DNA of 64,000 nt from an uncultured delta proteobacterium (GTDB lineage: Bacteria > Myxococcota > UBA727 > VGSZ01). The notes beneath the pieces are model-generated. The model had not been told where the DNA came from and made no database searches. It was given only the letters and a program-made list of their open reading frames with translations. This document shows, in pieces, positions 19,927 to 30,500 of this stretch; positions within the stretch are counted from its first letter, which is position 1; the number at the start of each line of letters is the position of its first letter. The translations under genes were made by a program, and so were the position numbers. The stretch spans positions 32,001 to 96,000 of the forward strand of contig CAVZJB010000011.1 in assembly GCA_963775425.1 (NCBI GenBank), in the 5' to 3' direction.

Positions 19927-20427
19927 TCAGCCGAGCTGGGTGAGCATGGTCTCGGCGGTGCTCGCCTCGAACTTGCCGGGCTCCTCGACGTTCACCTTCT
20001 TCACCACGCCGTCGTCGACGAACATGGAGAAGCGCTTCACGCGCAGGCCGAGGCCGGCGCCGCCGAGGTCGGTCTCGAGGCCGAGCTTCTTGGCGAGCTC
20101 GGCGCTGCCGTCGCCCAGCATGCGGATCTTGCCGAGGGCCTTCTCGCTCTGGCCCCACGCGGCCATGACGTAGCCGTCGTTGACGGCGACGCACCACACC
20201 TCGTCGACGCCCTTCTTCTTGAGGTCGTCGAGGTGCGCGACGAAGCCCGGGACGTGCTTGGCCGAGCAGGTGGGGGTGAACGCGCCGGGCACGCCGAAGA
20301 TGACGATCTTCTTGCCCTTGCTCGCCTCCGCCACGGACACCTTGCCGGGCGCTACGGGGCAGAACTCACCGATCTCGGTGGACTCGAACAGGGTGGCGTC
20401 GGGCAGCTTGTCTCCAGCTTGGATCAT
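19927..20427 (-). CDS. Peroxiredoxin (Prx5/redoxin family)
   Basis: VPGAFTPTCSAKHVPGF, VNDGYVM.AW, KRFSM. Confidence 0.95.
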   Translation of the reverse strand: MIQAGDKLPDATLFESTEIGEFCPVAPGKVSVAEASKGKKIVIFGVPGAFTPTCSAKHVPGFVAHLDDLKKKGVDEVWCVAVNDGYVMAAWGQSEKALGKIRMLGDGSAELAKKLGLETDLGGAGLGLRVKRFSMFVDDGVVKKVNVEEPGKFEASTAETMLTQLG

Positions 20428-20846
20428 GGTCTTTCTCCGTATGTGAACGTCATCGAGACGTCGACGTCGCCGAGGGACAACGCGACAGGACAGGTGCGGG
20501 CAATCTCCTCGAGGCGCGCGCGCTGCGGAGGCGAGAGCGCCGCAGGCAGCTCGAGCGTCAACGAGAGCCCGGCGATCTTTCGCGGCGGCGCCGCGGACAT
20601 CTCCTTGCGCACGCGGCCGCGCATGGAGCCGGCGGGCAGCTCGATGCCCTCCCTCGGCGCCTTGATGGCCATGGTGGTGACCGCGCACGACAACAGCGCG
20701 GCGCCGACGAGGTCGGTGGGCGAGAAGCGCTCACCCTTGCCCATGTTGTCGACGGGGGCGTCGGTGCCGATCTTCGTGGAGGACGGCTCGTGCGCGACGT
20801 CGCAGCGGAGGTCGCCGGCGTACGTCAGGGACATCAACACCGCCAT
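20424..20846 (-). CDS. OsmC family protein
   Basis: TDAPVDNMGKGERFSPTDLV.AALLSC...TCPVALSL. Confidence 0.9.
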   Translation of the reverse strand: MAVLMSLTYAGDLRCDVAHEPSSTKIGTDAPVDNMGKGERFSPTDLVGAALLSCAVTTMAIKAPREGIELPAGSMRGRVRKEMSAAPPRKIAGLSLTLELPAALSPPQRARLEEIARTCPVALSLGDVDVSMTFTYGERP

Positions 20847-20848
20847 CG

Positions 20849-21928
20849 TCAGCCGAGCCCCCGCTCGTCGAGGTCTTCCTCGTCGAGACCGAGGTAGTGA
20901 CCCACCTCGTGAAGCAGCGTGGTGGACACGAGGTCGCGCAGCTCCTCCTCGGTGGCGCACGAGATCTCGATGTTCTTGCGGAACAGCGTGATGCAGCTCG
21001 GGAAGTGGCCCCACGGGTCCGTGCCCTCGGCCAACGACGGCGGCGTGCCCTCGTACAGGCCGAGCGACCCGGGCGACAGCGGCGGATCCGACTGCTGCAG
21101 TCGCTCCATCGGCGGCACGTCCTCGACGGTGACGGCGACGTTCTTCAGGTAGTCGCGGACCTGTTGCGGCAGCTCCTCGAGGCCCTCCTCCATCAGCTTG
21201 GCGAAGGCGTCCTCGCTGGCCCGGAACGGGGGACGGAAGCGCTCGTCGTCGAGCTGGACGGCTCTGGCGAACGCCTTGTCGGCGCCCTTGTCGTCGCCGC
21301 GCGCGGTGAGGATGCGGCCGCGAAGCCAGAAGGCGTCCGCGCACCGCGGGTCCCTGTCGACGGCCTGCGCCACCGCCTTTTCGGCATCGTCGAGGCGGCA
21401 CACGTCGAAGAGCGCGGCGCCGAGCGCCACGCGCGCCATGGGGTCCTCGGTCGCGAGCTTGCTGGCGCGCTCGGCCGCCTCGAGAGCGCCGTTTTGGTCG
21501 TGGTCGGCGGCGCGGGCGTCGCTCAGCGTGAGGAGCACCTCGAGCGCGAAGTCCTCGCGCGCCTCCGCCTTGGCCTCGCCGTCGACGCCGCCGACGTCGG
21601 GCTCCTCGCCCTTGTCGATGCGCGCGACGAGCTCCTCGAGGAGCGGCCGCGCGCCGGGGACGTCGTCGTAGACGTCGAGGAGCAGCGTGGCGAGCTTCAG
21701 CCGCAGGAGCATGCTCCCGGGCATCTGCTCCACGGCCTCCTCGGCCGCCGTCACCGCCTCTTCGCTTTGGCCCTCGGCGTCGAGCAGCTCGATCTCGAAC
21801 AGCCGCACCTCCGCGGACCTGGCGTCGATGCGCCGCGCCTTGTCGAGCGCGGCGCGCGCCGCATCGAGGCGTTCGTCGTAGAGGGCCTCGTAGGCCTCGT
21901 CGAGAGCTGTGGCGAGCGCGTCGGACAT
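20849..21928 (-). CDS. TPR-repeat protein with C-terminal zincin-like (DUF1025) metallopeptidase
   Basis: TPR helices; LGLYEG, ITLFR.NI, TTLLHEVGHYLGLDE.DL...GL. Confidence 0.9.
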   Translation of the reverse strand: MSDALATALDEAYEALYDERLDAARAALDKARRIDARSAEVRLFEIELLDAEGQSEEAVTAAEEAVEQMPGSMLLRLKLATLLLDVYDDVPGARPLLEELVARIDKGEEPDVGGVDGEAKAEAREDFALEVLLTLSDARAADHDQNGALEAAERASKLATEDPMARVALGAALFDVCRLDDAEKAVAQAVDRDPRCADAFWLRGRILTARGDDKGADKAFARAVQLDDERFRPPFRASEDAFAKLMEEGLEELPQQVRDYLKNVAVTVEDVPPMERLQQSDPPLSPGSLGLYEGTPPSLAEGTDPWGHFPSCITLFRKNIEISCATEEELRDLVSTTLLHEVGHYLGLDEEDLDERGLG

Positions 21929-21968
21929 GCGCTCCGGGTGCCCAATCCGCGGGCGCACCGCAAGGGGG

Positions 21969-23345
21969 TCAGCGACCCATCTTGCGGATGGGGTCCATCG
22001 CCATCTCGTTCATCTTGTTGATGATCTCCGACATGGCCTGCATGATCTGTTGATACTGATTCATCATCAGGTTGATCTGCTGGAACATCACCTGACGTGA
22101 CGTCGGGTCGATCTGCGCGGGCAGCGGCTTGAGCTTCACGTCCGGGAGCTCCTTTTGGACGTCCTCGGGCAGCATGGACTTCACGGCGCCGAGCTCGGCC
22201 TGGAAGTCGTGGGCCTGGTCCATCAGGTGATGCAGCTTGTCCTCGCCGAGCGAGTCGACGTCGGCCGAGCCGAGGGCGCGCTTGATGTTCTCTGCGGAGT
22301 GCGCGGCCTTGAACACCGCCGCCCACTCGCGCACCTCCCTGCGGTCGCTCTTCTCCATGGCGGAGACGACCGAGTTGTCGATGGGCGGAAGGCTCCCGAG
22401 CAGGTCGTCGTGGCCGTCGGAGGCGGCGGGGTTGGCCTTCACCTGCGACAGGAATTGCTTGAGCTCCGGCGGGCCGTCGAAGTCCGGGTTGTCCTTCACG
22501 AAGGCGGCGATCTGCGCCGCCACCTTGGCCTTGCCGTCGGGGCTGATGCGGTCGGCCTGCGCGAGCAACTGCTTGATGTTGTCCTTCATCAGGCCGCGCA
22601 TCTCGTCTTCGCGCTTGGGGTCGTCGAAGGTGGAGAGCTTCTCGTTCATCTCGTTCATGAACTTGAGCGAGCTCCTGCCGAGCGCGGCCATCAGGCGGTC
22701 TTCGAAGAACGGTGAGCGCGCGTACTTGTCGAACAGCGCCATGGTGGGGTCGCCGTTGTTGCGCTTGGCGCTGGTCTCTACGTAGGCCTTGCGGCCGCCG
22801 TCCGGGTCCGCCTTGACGTCGCCGTCGCTGAACACCGACTGCGCCGCCTTGTGCATCTCGCCCGCCAGCGCTTCACCCGCCTTGCCCCCGCCGGCGGCGT
22901 TGGCGGCGGCGTCGATGAGGCCGTCCGCCTCCTTGATGTGCTTGGCCGACGCCGTCTTGGGCGCCGTGGCCGCCTCGATCTTGGCGTCCGCGACGCTGCG
23001 CACGCGCCCGGACACGTCGATGGGCGCGGCGGTCTTCGGGACGAAGTCGAGCAGCTTCTTCCTGGCCGCCTCGTCGGAGATCTCGAACTTGTCGCGGAAC
23101 AGGTCGAGCACCTGCACCGCGTCGGCGCGGTCGGCGGCGGGCAAGCCCTCGACGTGGGCGAGCAGGCGGTCGACCTCGGGGCCCTTGAGCGAGATCTTCT
23201 TGTCGGGGTCCGTGAGGGAGTCCGCGATCTGCAGGCCCTTCGACTTCAGCCCCGCGCCCTCGTTGGCCGTTTTGCCCGCGGCGTCGCGGAACAGGCGGCT
23301 CAGGTAGGTGTTGGCGTTCTGCGGGTTGAGCGAGAGACCTTGCAT
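21969..23345 (-). CDS. Hypothetical helical protein with T3SS translocator/filament-like C-terminus
   Basis: ATG 23345; no signal peptide; C-terminus RQVMFQQINLMMNQYQQIMQAMSEIINKMNEMAMDPIRKMGR. Confidence 0.65.
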   Translation of the reverse strand: MQGLSLNPQNANTYLSRLFRDAAGKTANEGAGLKSKGLQIADSLTDPDKKISLKGPEVDRLLAHVEGLPAADRADAVQVLDLFRDKFEISDEAARKKLLDFVPKTAAPIDVSGRVRSVADAKIEAATAPKTASAKHIKEADGLIDAAANAAGGGKAGEALAGEMHKAAQSVFSDGDVKADPDGGRKAYVETSAKRNNGDPTMALFDKYARSPFFEDRLMAALGRSSLKFMNEMNEKLSTFDDPKREDEMRGLMKDNIKQLLAQADRISPDGKAKVAAQIAAFVKDNPDFDGPPELKQFLSQVKANPAASDGHDDLLGSLPPIDNSVVSAMEKSDRREVREWAAVFKAAHSAENIKRALGSADVDSLGEDKLHHLMDQAHDFQAELGAVKSMLPEDVQKELPDVKLKPLPAQIDPTSRQVMFQQINLMMNQYQQIMQAMSEIINKMNEMAMDPIRKMGR

Positions 23346-23353
23346 GTGGGGCC

Positions 23354-24112
23354 CTATTCCGGTTTCTCGTCGACGGGCACGAGGCGGTTGCCGACGACGG
23401 CGTACGTGGTCTTTTCCTGATGGGTGCGGTCGCGCTCGACGATGACCTCGTCGGTCAGGTGCGTGAACTGGCGCTTCTGGGTGGCGCGTCTGTCGTCGCG
23501 GAGGCTCTGGGCGGCCTTGTCGTCGAGCTTCTCCCTGTGGTGCTCGATGCCCTTCTCCATGCGGTCTTCCGCGACCATGAGCGCCGTCTGGTACGCCAGG
23601 AAGCGCCCGCTCTTCATGAAGCGCTGCGCACCGTGGCTCAAGAAGCGCCCGTGGACGATGTGCTTGTCGAGGAGCGGCCACGCCTTCTTGATGTCGGCGT
23701 CGCTGAACTGCTTGCGCAGCCCCGCGATGTCGTGCTCGTCGAGCTTGACGGCGCGCAGGTCGTCGAGCGTGAACAGCCGCCCCTCGCTGGCGGCGTGCGC
23801 GCGCGCCTTCTGGCCCATCAGGCGGTAGAAGGACGTGAGGACGTTGCCCTGGACGCTGCACCCCGGCTTGGGGCTCCAGTCCTCCTGGGAGCAGATCATC
23901 GCGGCGTAGTCGTGCGCGCGCTCGAGCGCCGCCGCCTTGAATTCCGCGTCGAGGGCCTTCCTCGCCTGCGGGGTCCGGGCCTTGCCCAGGGCGGCGTTCT
24001 CCCGGGCCTTGAAGGCGTGCTCGCGCAGCTTCATCTGATCGCGCAGGGCGGTGCCGCCCGCCCTGTCAACGAGCTGAGGCAGGCCTTTTTGCGAGACAGC
24101 AGAGACAGCCAT
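23354..24112 (-). CDS. Hypothetical basic helical protein
   Basis: ATG 24112, GC3-biased codons, 8 bp from the downstream gene. Confidence 0.6.
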   Translation of the reverse strand: MAVSAVSQKGLPQLVDRAGGTALRDQMKLREHAFKARENAALGKARTPQARKALDAEFKAAALERAHDYAAMICSQEDWSPKPGCSVQGNVLTSFYRLMGQKARAHAASEGRLFTLDDLRAVKLDEHDIAGLRKQFSDADIKKAWPLLDKHIVHGRFLSHGAQRFMKSGRFLAYQTALMVAEDRMEKGIEHHREKLDDKAAQSLRDDRRATQKRQFTHLTDEVIVERDRTHQEKTTYAVVGNRLVPVDEKPE

Positions 24113-24262
24113 GGCCACCGTTCTATCCGAAGGAGGGACCCTTTGGCCTGTATCGGCGCAGAGGTAGGCCAAGGTGCGCCGATCCCCCATAGATGTGGGT
24201 CACAGCGCGTCGAACCGGTCTGCGGAGGGCCTCGTATCCCCGGACACCACCAGGGGATCCAC

Positions 24263-25348
24263 ATGAAGAAGCTCGTGCCGCTGTTCGTGACCTTCTCTCT
24301 CGCCGGCCTGCTGGCCCCGACCCTCGGCTGCCCGCCCGTGGGCGAAGGAGAGGGGGAGGGTGAAGGAGAGGGAGAGGGAGAGGGAGAGGGAGAAGGTGAA
24401 GGAGAGGGCGAAGGCGAGGGCGAGACCATCTTCGACCGCATCGGCGGCGATCAGGGCGTGTCCGACCTCGTCGACGACTTCGTCGGCGTCGTCCTCGTCG
24501 ACCCCAACATCAACGGCTACTTCAGCAACGACAGCCTCGACGCCGACCGGCTGTTCTCCTGCTTGAACCACGAGGTTGCCGCCGCCACCGGCAAGGCAGG
24601 CGAGACCTACCCGGGGATCACCGACGCCAACGACACCGACGACCTCCCGTCGACGGTGAACGCCGGCGGCACCGTGACCTGCCGCAGCATGCTCACCGCG
24701 CACCAGGGCCTCGGCATCTCGCAGAACGACTTCGACGACCTCATCGCCGACTTCGCGCAGGCCATGGTCGACCGCGGCGTCGCCGACGCCGACCAGGCCG
24801 CCATCGCCGGCGTGCTCGGCGGGCTCAAGACCGACATCGTCGAGGACGAGACCAACGACGCCACCATCTACCAGCGGCTCGGCCGAAAGCCCGGGATCCT
24901 GACGGCCCTGGCGGGCACCGACTGCGACCCGACCAACGCCGGGGATCAGGACTGCTTCGTCGCCACCGTCCTCGCGGACGCCGAGATCAACGGGTTCTTC
25001 ACCAACGACGCCAACCTCGACGCCTCCCGCCTGGTGACGTGCCTCGAGCGGCAGGTGACGCAGGCCACCGGCGGGCCCGACGTCTACGACCACGACAACG
25101 GCCTCGTCGACGGCGACTCGCTGGGGGGCGACAACCTCGTGCAGTGCCGCTCGATGCTCGAGACGCACCAGAGCCTCACGGACGGGAGCGGCGCCAGCAT
25201 CAACATCGACGACTTCAACGCGCTGGTCGTCGACCTCAACACGGTGCTGACCACCCTCGGCGTCGCGGACGGCGACATCGCCACCATCGACGGCGCCCTC
25301 GGCGGCACCTGCGGCGACATCGTGACCGGCGGGACCGGGTGCCAGTAA
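24263..25348 (+). CDS. (GE)n lipoprotein with two tandem group I truncated hemoglobin-like domains
   Basis: Lipobox TLGC, (GE)14; TIFDRIGG...LVDDF...DPNINGYF...MLTAHQGLGISQNDFD; second copy TIYQRLG...INGFF...ATGGP..Y...MLETH...DDF. Confidence 0.85.
   Translation: MKKLVPLFVTFSLAGLLAPTLGCPPVGEGEGEGEGEGEGEGEGEGEGEGEGEGETIFDRIGGDQGVSDLVDDFVGVVLVDPNINGYFSNDSLDADRLFSCLNHEVAAATGKAGETYPGITDANDTDDLPSTVNAGGTVTCRSMLTAHQGLGISQNDFDDLIADFAQAMVDRGVADADQAAIAGVLGGLKTDIVEDETNDATIYQRLGRKPGILTALAGTDCDPTNAGDQDCFVATVLADAEINGFFTNDANLDASRLVTCLERQVTQATGGPDVYDHDNGLVDGDSLGGDNLVQCRSMLETHQSLTDGSGASINIDDFNALVVDLNTVLTTLGVADGDIATIDGALGGTCGDIVTGGTGCQ
24341..24424 (+). repeat. (GE)n coding repeat
   Basis: ggcgaa/ggagag units over 84 bp. 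Confidence 0.95.
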
Positions 25349-25358
25349 GCTGCGGCGC

Positions 25359-26153
25359 ATGAAGCGCGCCGCCGTCATCGCCGTCGCCGTGGTCGCCTTC
25401 CTGGCGGCCGCGGCGTTCGGCGTTCGCAGCTACATGGTGTGGGACCGCCGGCGCGACAAGCTGCCGGCCTTCACCGAGATCCCGCCGGGACAGCGCGCGC
25501 CCAAAGGGCAGACCATCCTGTTCGGGCTCGACGTGGGCCGCTCGACGCTGACGAACGTGGAGGCGTGGGAGGCCGCGCGCGGCCTCAAGTGCGTGAACAC
25601 GTCGATGCGCGCGCTGATGGAAGAAAAGCGGCAGGAGATCAAGCGTCAGATGAAGGAGGCCAAGGCGAACGGCGACGACCCCGACGGCGTCACTGGCGCC
25701 TCGCTCGCGGACTATCACTCGCGGAAAGAGCAGAACCCGCAGGTGCGCCTCTCGTGCGAGGACGTGGCCGGCGCCGCCCTGGCGGATCGCCCGCGCGACG
25801 ACGAGAAGGGGCGCGTGCTCATCGTGCTCGACAGCGACAAGCTCCCGGTGCGCCACATCTCCTTCGCGCCCAAATTCACCGATCCCGCGCTGGCGCTCGA
25901 AAAGCTGAAGGCGGCCACGGCGGCGATGACCGCGCGCTTCGGCCCGCCCACCAAGAGCGTCAACGGCGCGCCCGACGGCGACGAGCCGTTCCCGCCGCTC
26001 AAGATCTTCAAGCGCGAGTGGCGCTTCACCGATCTGCGCGCCGAGGTCTCGGCCATGAGCTTCGGCAAGCGCGGCGTCGAGGTGAAGGAGACGCTCGAGG
26101 TGCCGTGGCCGGTGCGCTCCGACGCCCCCACGCGCCCCGACGCACCGCGCTGA
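25359..26153 (+). CDS. Hypothetical membrane-anchored protein
   Basis: N-terminal TM/signal, 10 bp after the globin stop, GC3-biased. Confidence 0.65.
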   Translation: MKRAAVIAVAVVAFLAAAAFGVRSYMVWDRRRDKLPAFTEIPPGQRAPKGQTILFGLDVGRSTLTNVEAWEAARGLKCVNTSMRALMEEKRQEIKRQMKEAKANGDDPDGVTGASLADYHSRKEQNPQVRLSCEDVAGAALADRPRDDEKGRVLIVLDSDKLPVRHISFAPKFTDPALALEKLKAATAAMTARFGPPTKSVNGAPDGDEPFPPLKIFKREWRFTDLRAEVSAMSFGKRGVEVKETLEVPWPVRSDAPTRPDAPR

Positions 26154-26157
26154 CGCG

Positions 26158-26514
26158 CTACGCGAACAGCGGCGCGGTGTCGACGTGGACGAGGTACTCG
26201 TCGATGGCGTCGCCCTTCATGCGGAAGACGTTCACGAAGGGCACGGTCACGTTCTTTTCGTCCTTGCGGGTGTAGGTGACCTCGCCGTGGATGGCGACGT
26301 CGTCGCCGTCGTTCCACAGGTGGATCATGCGGTGCTTGCTGCCGGCGATGGCGCCGAAGAAGCCGGCCACAGCCTCGTGCACGGCGGCGCGGCCCTTCAC
26401 CGCCGGCGCGTTGGCGAAGCGGAAGGTGCCCTCGGGCGTGAGGAAGGAGACGAACGCGTCCGCGTTCTGCTCGTCGATGGCGCGAAAGAGGCGCGCGGCC
26501 TGATCGGGTTGCAT
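26158..26514 (-). CDS. SnoaL-like/NTF2 fold protein
   Basis: RBS ggagg; F.AID..NADAF..FLT.EGTFRFANAPAVKG, GEVTYTR, I.EY.VHVDTAPL. Confidence 0.85.
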   Translation of the reverse strand: MQPDQAARLFRAIDEQNADAFVSFLTPEGTFRFANAPAVKGRAAVHEAVAGFFGAIAGSKHRMIHLWNDGDDVAIHGEVTYTRKDEKNVTVPFVNVFRMKGDAIDEYLVHVDTAPLFA

Positions 26515-26725
26515 GCGAAGACCTCCGTTTGTTTGGTTCAAGACATCTTGAACGGTCAGAACCATACAGACGCCCCGCGCCTCGCACAAGGCGAAAGCCG
26601 GCCGCGCGCGCCGCGGCGACCGACGGTCTCGGACCGCGCGGGGGCAAAAACTCTTGCGGTTCCCGGCGTCCGGCGGATCCCCCATGCTGGGCGCCGACAA
26701 CCCGGGAGGACCCACCGTGCACAAC

Positions 26726-27553
26726 ATGGGCAAGACGCTGGCCGTGATCGCGTTCGTGACCTTTTCGCTGACGTCCGCGGCCGCGCGGGCACAGACCTGC
26801 GGGCCCGGCAACCCGCTCGATCACATCTGCCAGTCGCAGGCGGCGGTCGCGGACACGCTCACCGACATCCAGGCGAGCGTCGGCGAGTGCACCGCGCTCG
26901 ACACCGGCGTCGCCGACCTGCAGTCGAGCGTCGACGGCTTGCAGTCGAGCGTCGACGGCTTGCAGTCGAGCGTCGACGGCTTGCAGACGAGCGTCGACGG
27001 CTTGCAGACGAGCGTCGACGGGCTGCAGACCCGCGCCGACGGGCTGCAGACGAGCGTCGACGCGCTGTCCGGCCGGGTCGGGGAGATCTCGCAGGCGCTC
27101 GAGGCGCACGCCGCGGCCGCGCACCCGTTTTGGACCTCGCCGCTGTGGCTGGTGCACGAGGGCGCCAGCACGACGTCGGTGAACGCGCTGAACCTCGGGG
27201 CCGACGAGGTCGAGGTGGTCTTCGCCTTCTTCAACGCCGACGGCACCGTCAACAGCACCTTCAGCACCAGCCGGCTGGTCGCCCCCGGCGGCGACAGCAC
27301 CATCTTCCTCGACGACCGCGGCGTCGACCCGGCGCAGCACGGCTGGTTCGCCGTGCTCTCCTCCGGGCCCATCCAGGTCGACGGCTACGTGGACTTTGGC
27401 CGCGGCGACGCCGCCCTGTCGCGCGAGTACGGGATGCGCACGCTGTCGTTCACCCCCGTCGGCTGCGAGGAGGACCCGTCGACGTGGCCGAAGACCAACG
27501 CTCCGTTCCTGTGCTCCTTCATCGACCGGGAGCTGACCCGCCTGTGGCCGTGA
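26726..27553 (+). CDS. Secreted protein with heptad (VDGLQSS)n coiled coil and C-terminal beta domain
   Basis: Signal peptide ending ARAQ, about 7 heptad repeats, Cys residues flanking the stalk. Confidence 0.7.
   Translation: MGKTLAVIAFVTFSLTSAAARAQTCGPGNPLDHICQSQAAVADTLTDIQASVGECTALDTGVADLQSSVDGLQSSVDGLQSSVDGLQTSVDGLQTSVDGLQTRADGLQTSVDALSGRVGEISQALEAHAAAAHPFWTSPLWLVHEGASTTSVNALNLGADEVEVVFAFFNADGTVNSTFSTSRLVAPGGDSTIFLDDRGVDPAQHGWFAVLSSGPIQVDGYVDFGRGDAALSREYGMRTLSFTPVGCEEDPSTWPKTNAPFLCSFIDRELTRLWP
26909..27062 (+). repeat. 21-bp tandem repeat (gtcgacggcttgcag[t/a]cgagc)
   Basis: Direct reading; encodes the heptads. Confidence 0.9.
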
Positions 27554-27554
27554 C

Positions 27555-30500
27555 CTAGCCGGCGTCCTCTTCGTCCATGCGGCGCATGGCTTCGAGGAGC
27601 AGGAACGTCGTCTGGTGCTCGATGTTCACGTCGGGCGGCTTGTCGCCGTAGTGGATGCGGAAGAAGCCCTCTTTGTGGCGGGCGAGCTGGTAGAAGGCGT
27701 CGTCGCCGCGGAGGGCGCCGCACTCCGCGTAGCGGATCTGGCCGGTCTCGAAGGCGATCATGCCCTTGTCGCCGTCGGCCGGGACCAGGTCGACGCGGGC
27801 GGTCTTTCGACCCATCTCGAGGCTCTGCACGATCTCCGGCAGCGCCATCTGCCGCAGCGTCCCCATCACGCCGGTCGGCATCGCCGGCGGCGTCTGCGGG
27901 GCCTGCTCCTCGCCCGCGAAGTCCGGCGGCAGCTCGGGCAGGTCGTCGAGCGACGGGATCGCGATGTTCTCGAGGAACGCCGGCTCCGTGCGCTTCACCA
28001 GCGGCGGCTGCGGCGGCAGCTCGAACGCGTGCACCGGCGTCTGCTCGTCGATGGAAGGCAACTGCACGCTCGGCATGCTCGGGTCGTTGACGCCGCCCTC
28101 GCCGCGGGCCCGGCGCGCGGCCCGGCGCACCTTGGACAGCAGCACCTCGAGCTTGAGCGGCTCGGTGAGGAAGTCGTCGGCGCCGAGATCGAGCAGGCGG
28201 GTGGCGAGCTGCTCGTCGCCCCGCGGCCCGTAGACGAAGAAGGGCATCTCCGCCGTGCGCAACTGCTCCCGCGCCGACAACAACAGCGCCGCGACGTTCA
28301 CGCCCGGGAGGTCGTGGGCGCAGATGACGACGTCCGGCGGGCGGTTCTGCAGGATCTCCTTGGCCACGCCGCCGTCGACGACGTGCTCGATGCCCATGCC
28401 CTCCTGCGCCAGGCGGGCGCCGATGCGCGCGGCCTTGTTCTCGTCGGCGGTGCACAAAAGCACCGTCACGCCACCGGCGGCGTGGGGCACGCCGCCGATG
28501 CCGAGGCTCTTGTACGCCTCCACCGCCGCCGCCGTGACCGCGGCGCGCGCGCACACGAGCGCCTCGACGTCGTCGGCGCCGAGGAGGTTCTTCAGCTCTT
28601 CGAGCGTGGGGTGGTCGAAGGGGTCGGCCAGCGCGACGACGAGGTGCCCGGCGTCGAGGGAGAGCGGCAGCACGCGCCGCGCGAGCACGTAGGTCTGCGG
28701 CAGGCGCCGCACGAGGGCGGGCGGCGGCATCCGCGCCCGCAGCGCGTCGTCGCTGAGCCGCGGCCGCCCCGACGCCGCGGCGAGCGCGTCCGCGACGGTG
28801 GCGTCGGTGAGCGCGCCGCCGGCGACGAGGATCTCGACGACGCGCCCGCCGCGCAGCGTGTGCTCGTCGATGGCCGCCTTGAGCGCCTGCTCCGCGACCA
28901 CGCCCTGGGCGACGAGCGCGCGCACCGCCGGATCCTGCCGGGCCTGCGCCGCGCGGGTGCTGCGCTGCTCGGGATCGGTCTGATCGCGGGTGCGCTCCTC
29001 GAGGGCGGCGTTCGCGGTGGCCGTCGACATCGGCGGCGCCGCCGTCGCCCCTGCCGCGCGCGCGGGATCGGGCGCGACGTTGGTGGCGGGCACGGCGAGC
29101 TTCGGCGCGGTGGGCGGCGCGGCGAGGTCACCGGGGCTCGGCACGGGTGCCGTCGAGGCCGGCCCGGGCGCCGCGGGCTGCGCGCCCGACACCGGCCGCG
29201 GCGGCGCCTGCCGGGCGGGGGCCGCCGGCCGGGGCGGCGGCCTGGCGCTGGCGGCGCCGGGCTCGTCGGGATCGGCGAGCAGCAGGCGCTTCTGCGCCGG
29301 CCGGGGCGGCGGCTTGCGCGGCGGCGGCGGCGGCGCCACCGCCTCGTCCTCGAGGTCCGGGGGCAGGTCCGCGAAGCTCTGCGGGCTCGTCCGCGGCGCC
29401 TCGATGCGCGGGCTGACGGGCGCCGTGCGCGAGTCCGTGTGCGGCGGCGGCGCGAAGGGGTCGTCGTCCCCCGCGGCGGCGGGCGCGAGCGTCGGCGCGT
29501 CCGTGGCCCGCTCGGGCAGGAGCGCCGGCGGCTCGCCGAAGGCGTCCAGGTCGAGCGGCTCGTCGACGGGCGGGCGCAACAGCGGTGCGACGTCCTCGGC
29601 GCGCCCGACGATCGCCACGGCTTCGTCAGGCAGGTCCTCGAGCGCGCTCACCGTGGGCAGCGCCGCCGGGGGCGGCATCCGCGGCGGCGCCAACGGGGGC
29701 GGCATGGCCGGGGGCTGCGACAGGGGCGGCGGGCCGCCGGGCGCGCCCCGCGGCGGGGTGGCCGGGCGCTGCGGCGGCCTGCCGGCGAGCGGCGGCGGCG
29801 CGGGCGCCTGCGCGACGAGGCGCGTGGTGGCCTCGTGCTCGCCGCCGGGCCCGCCGACGGGGATGAGCTCGAGCATGGGCACCGGACCGGGCCCCGCGTT
29901 TTGCGCGCGAACGGGCGCGGGGCCGGAGAGCGGCTCGAGGGTCGGGATGCGATCCACCGGATCGAGCGAGGGGATGGAGTCGGCGGGCGTGCGTGGGCGG
30001 ACCGGCCCCTCCTCGGCGATGCGCCGCTCGACGGCGCGCACGGTCCGCCGCACGAGCTCGGCGAAGGCGGCGCGGTCGGGCTTCAGCTTCAAGACGGCGC
30101 CGGCTTCGCCGAGCCGCTCGACGAGCTCGGGCGAGCCAATCTGGGCCTCCGTGGGGCCGATGCCCAGCGTGCGCCGCACCACCCGATCGAGCGGCGGCGG
30201 CAGGGGCGGGCGGGCGCCGCCTCCGCGCAACAGCGGGACGAGGTCGTAGAGGAGGGCGCCGACGCCGGCCATGTCCCAGCGGGCCTCGGGCGGCCGGTCC
30301 GGCGGGTCGTTGCGCGGGGTGGTGAGCCCCGTGAGCCACACCTGGCCGTCGTTGCCCACGCGGACGTGGCCGATGCTGACGTCGCCGTGGCCGAGCAGCG
30401 TGCGCGCGACCGCTCCGTTGCGCCCCGGCACGCCGTTCGCGGGCGCGAAGCCGTGGAGGGCGCCGACGCCCGTCGCGAGGTCGGCGAGCACGAGCAGCAC

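Noticed and set aside
26909-27062. Possible CRISPR array
   Set aside because: Repeats are contiguous with no unique spacers, lie in frame in a CDS, and no cas genes are present
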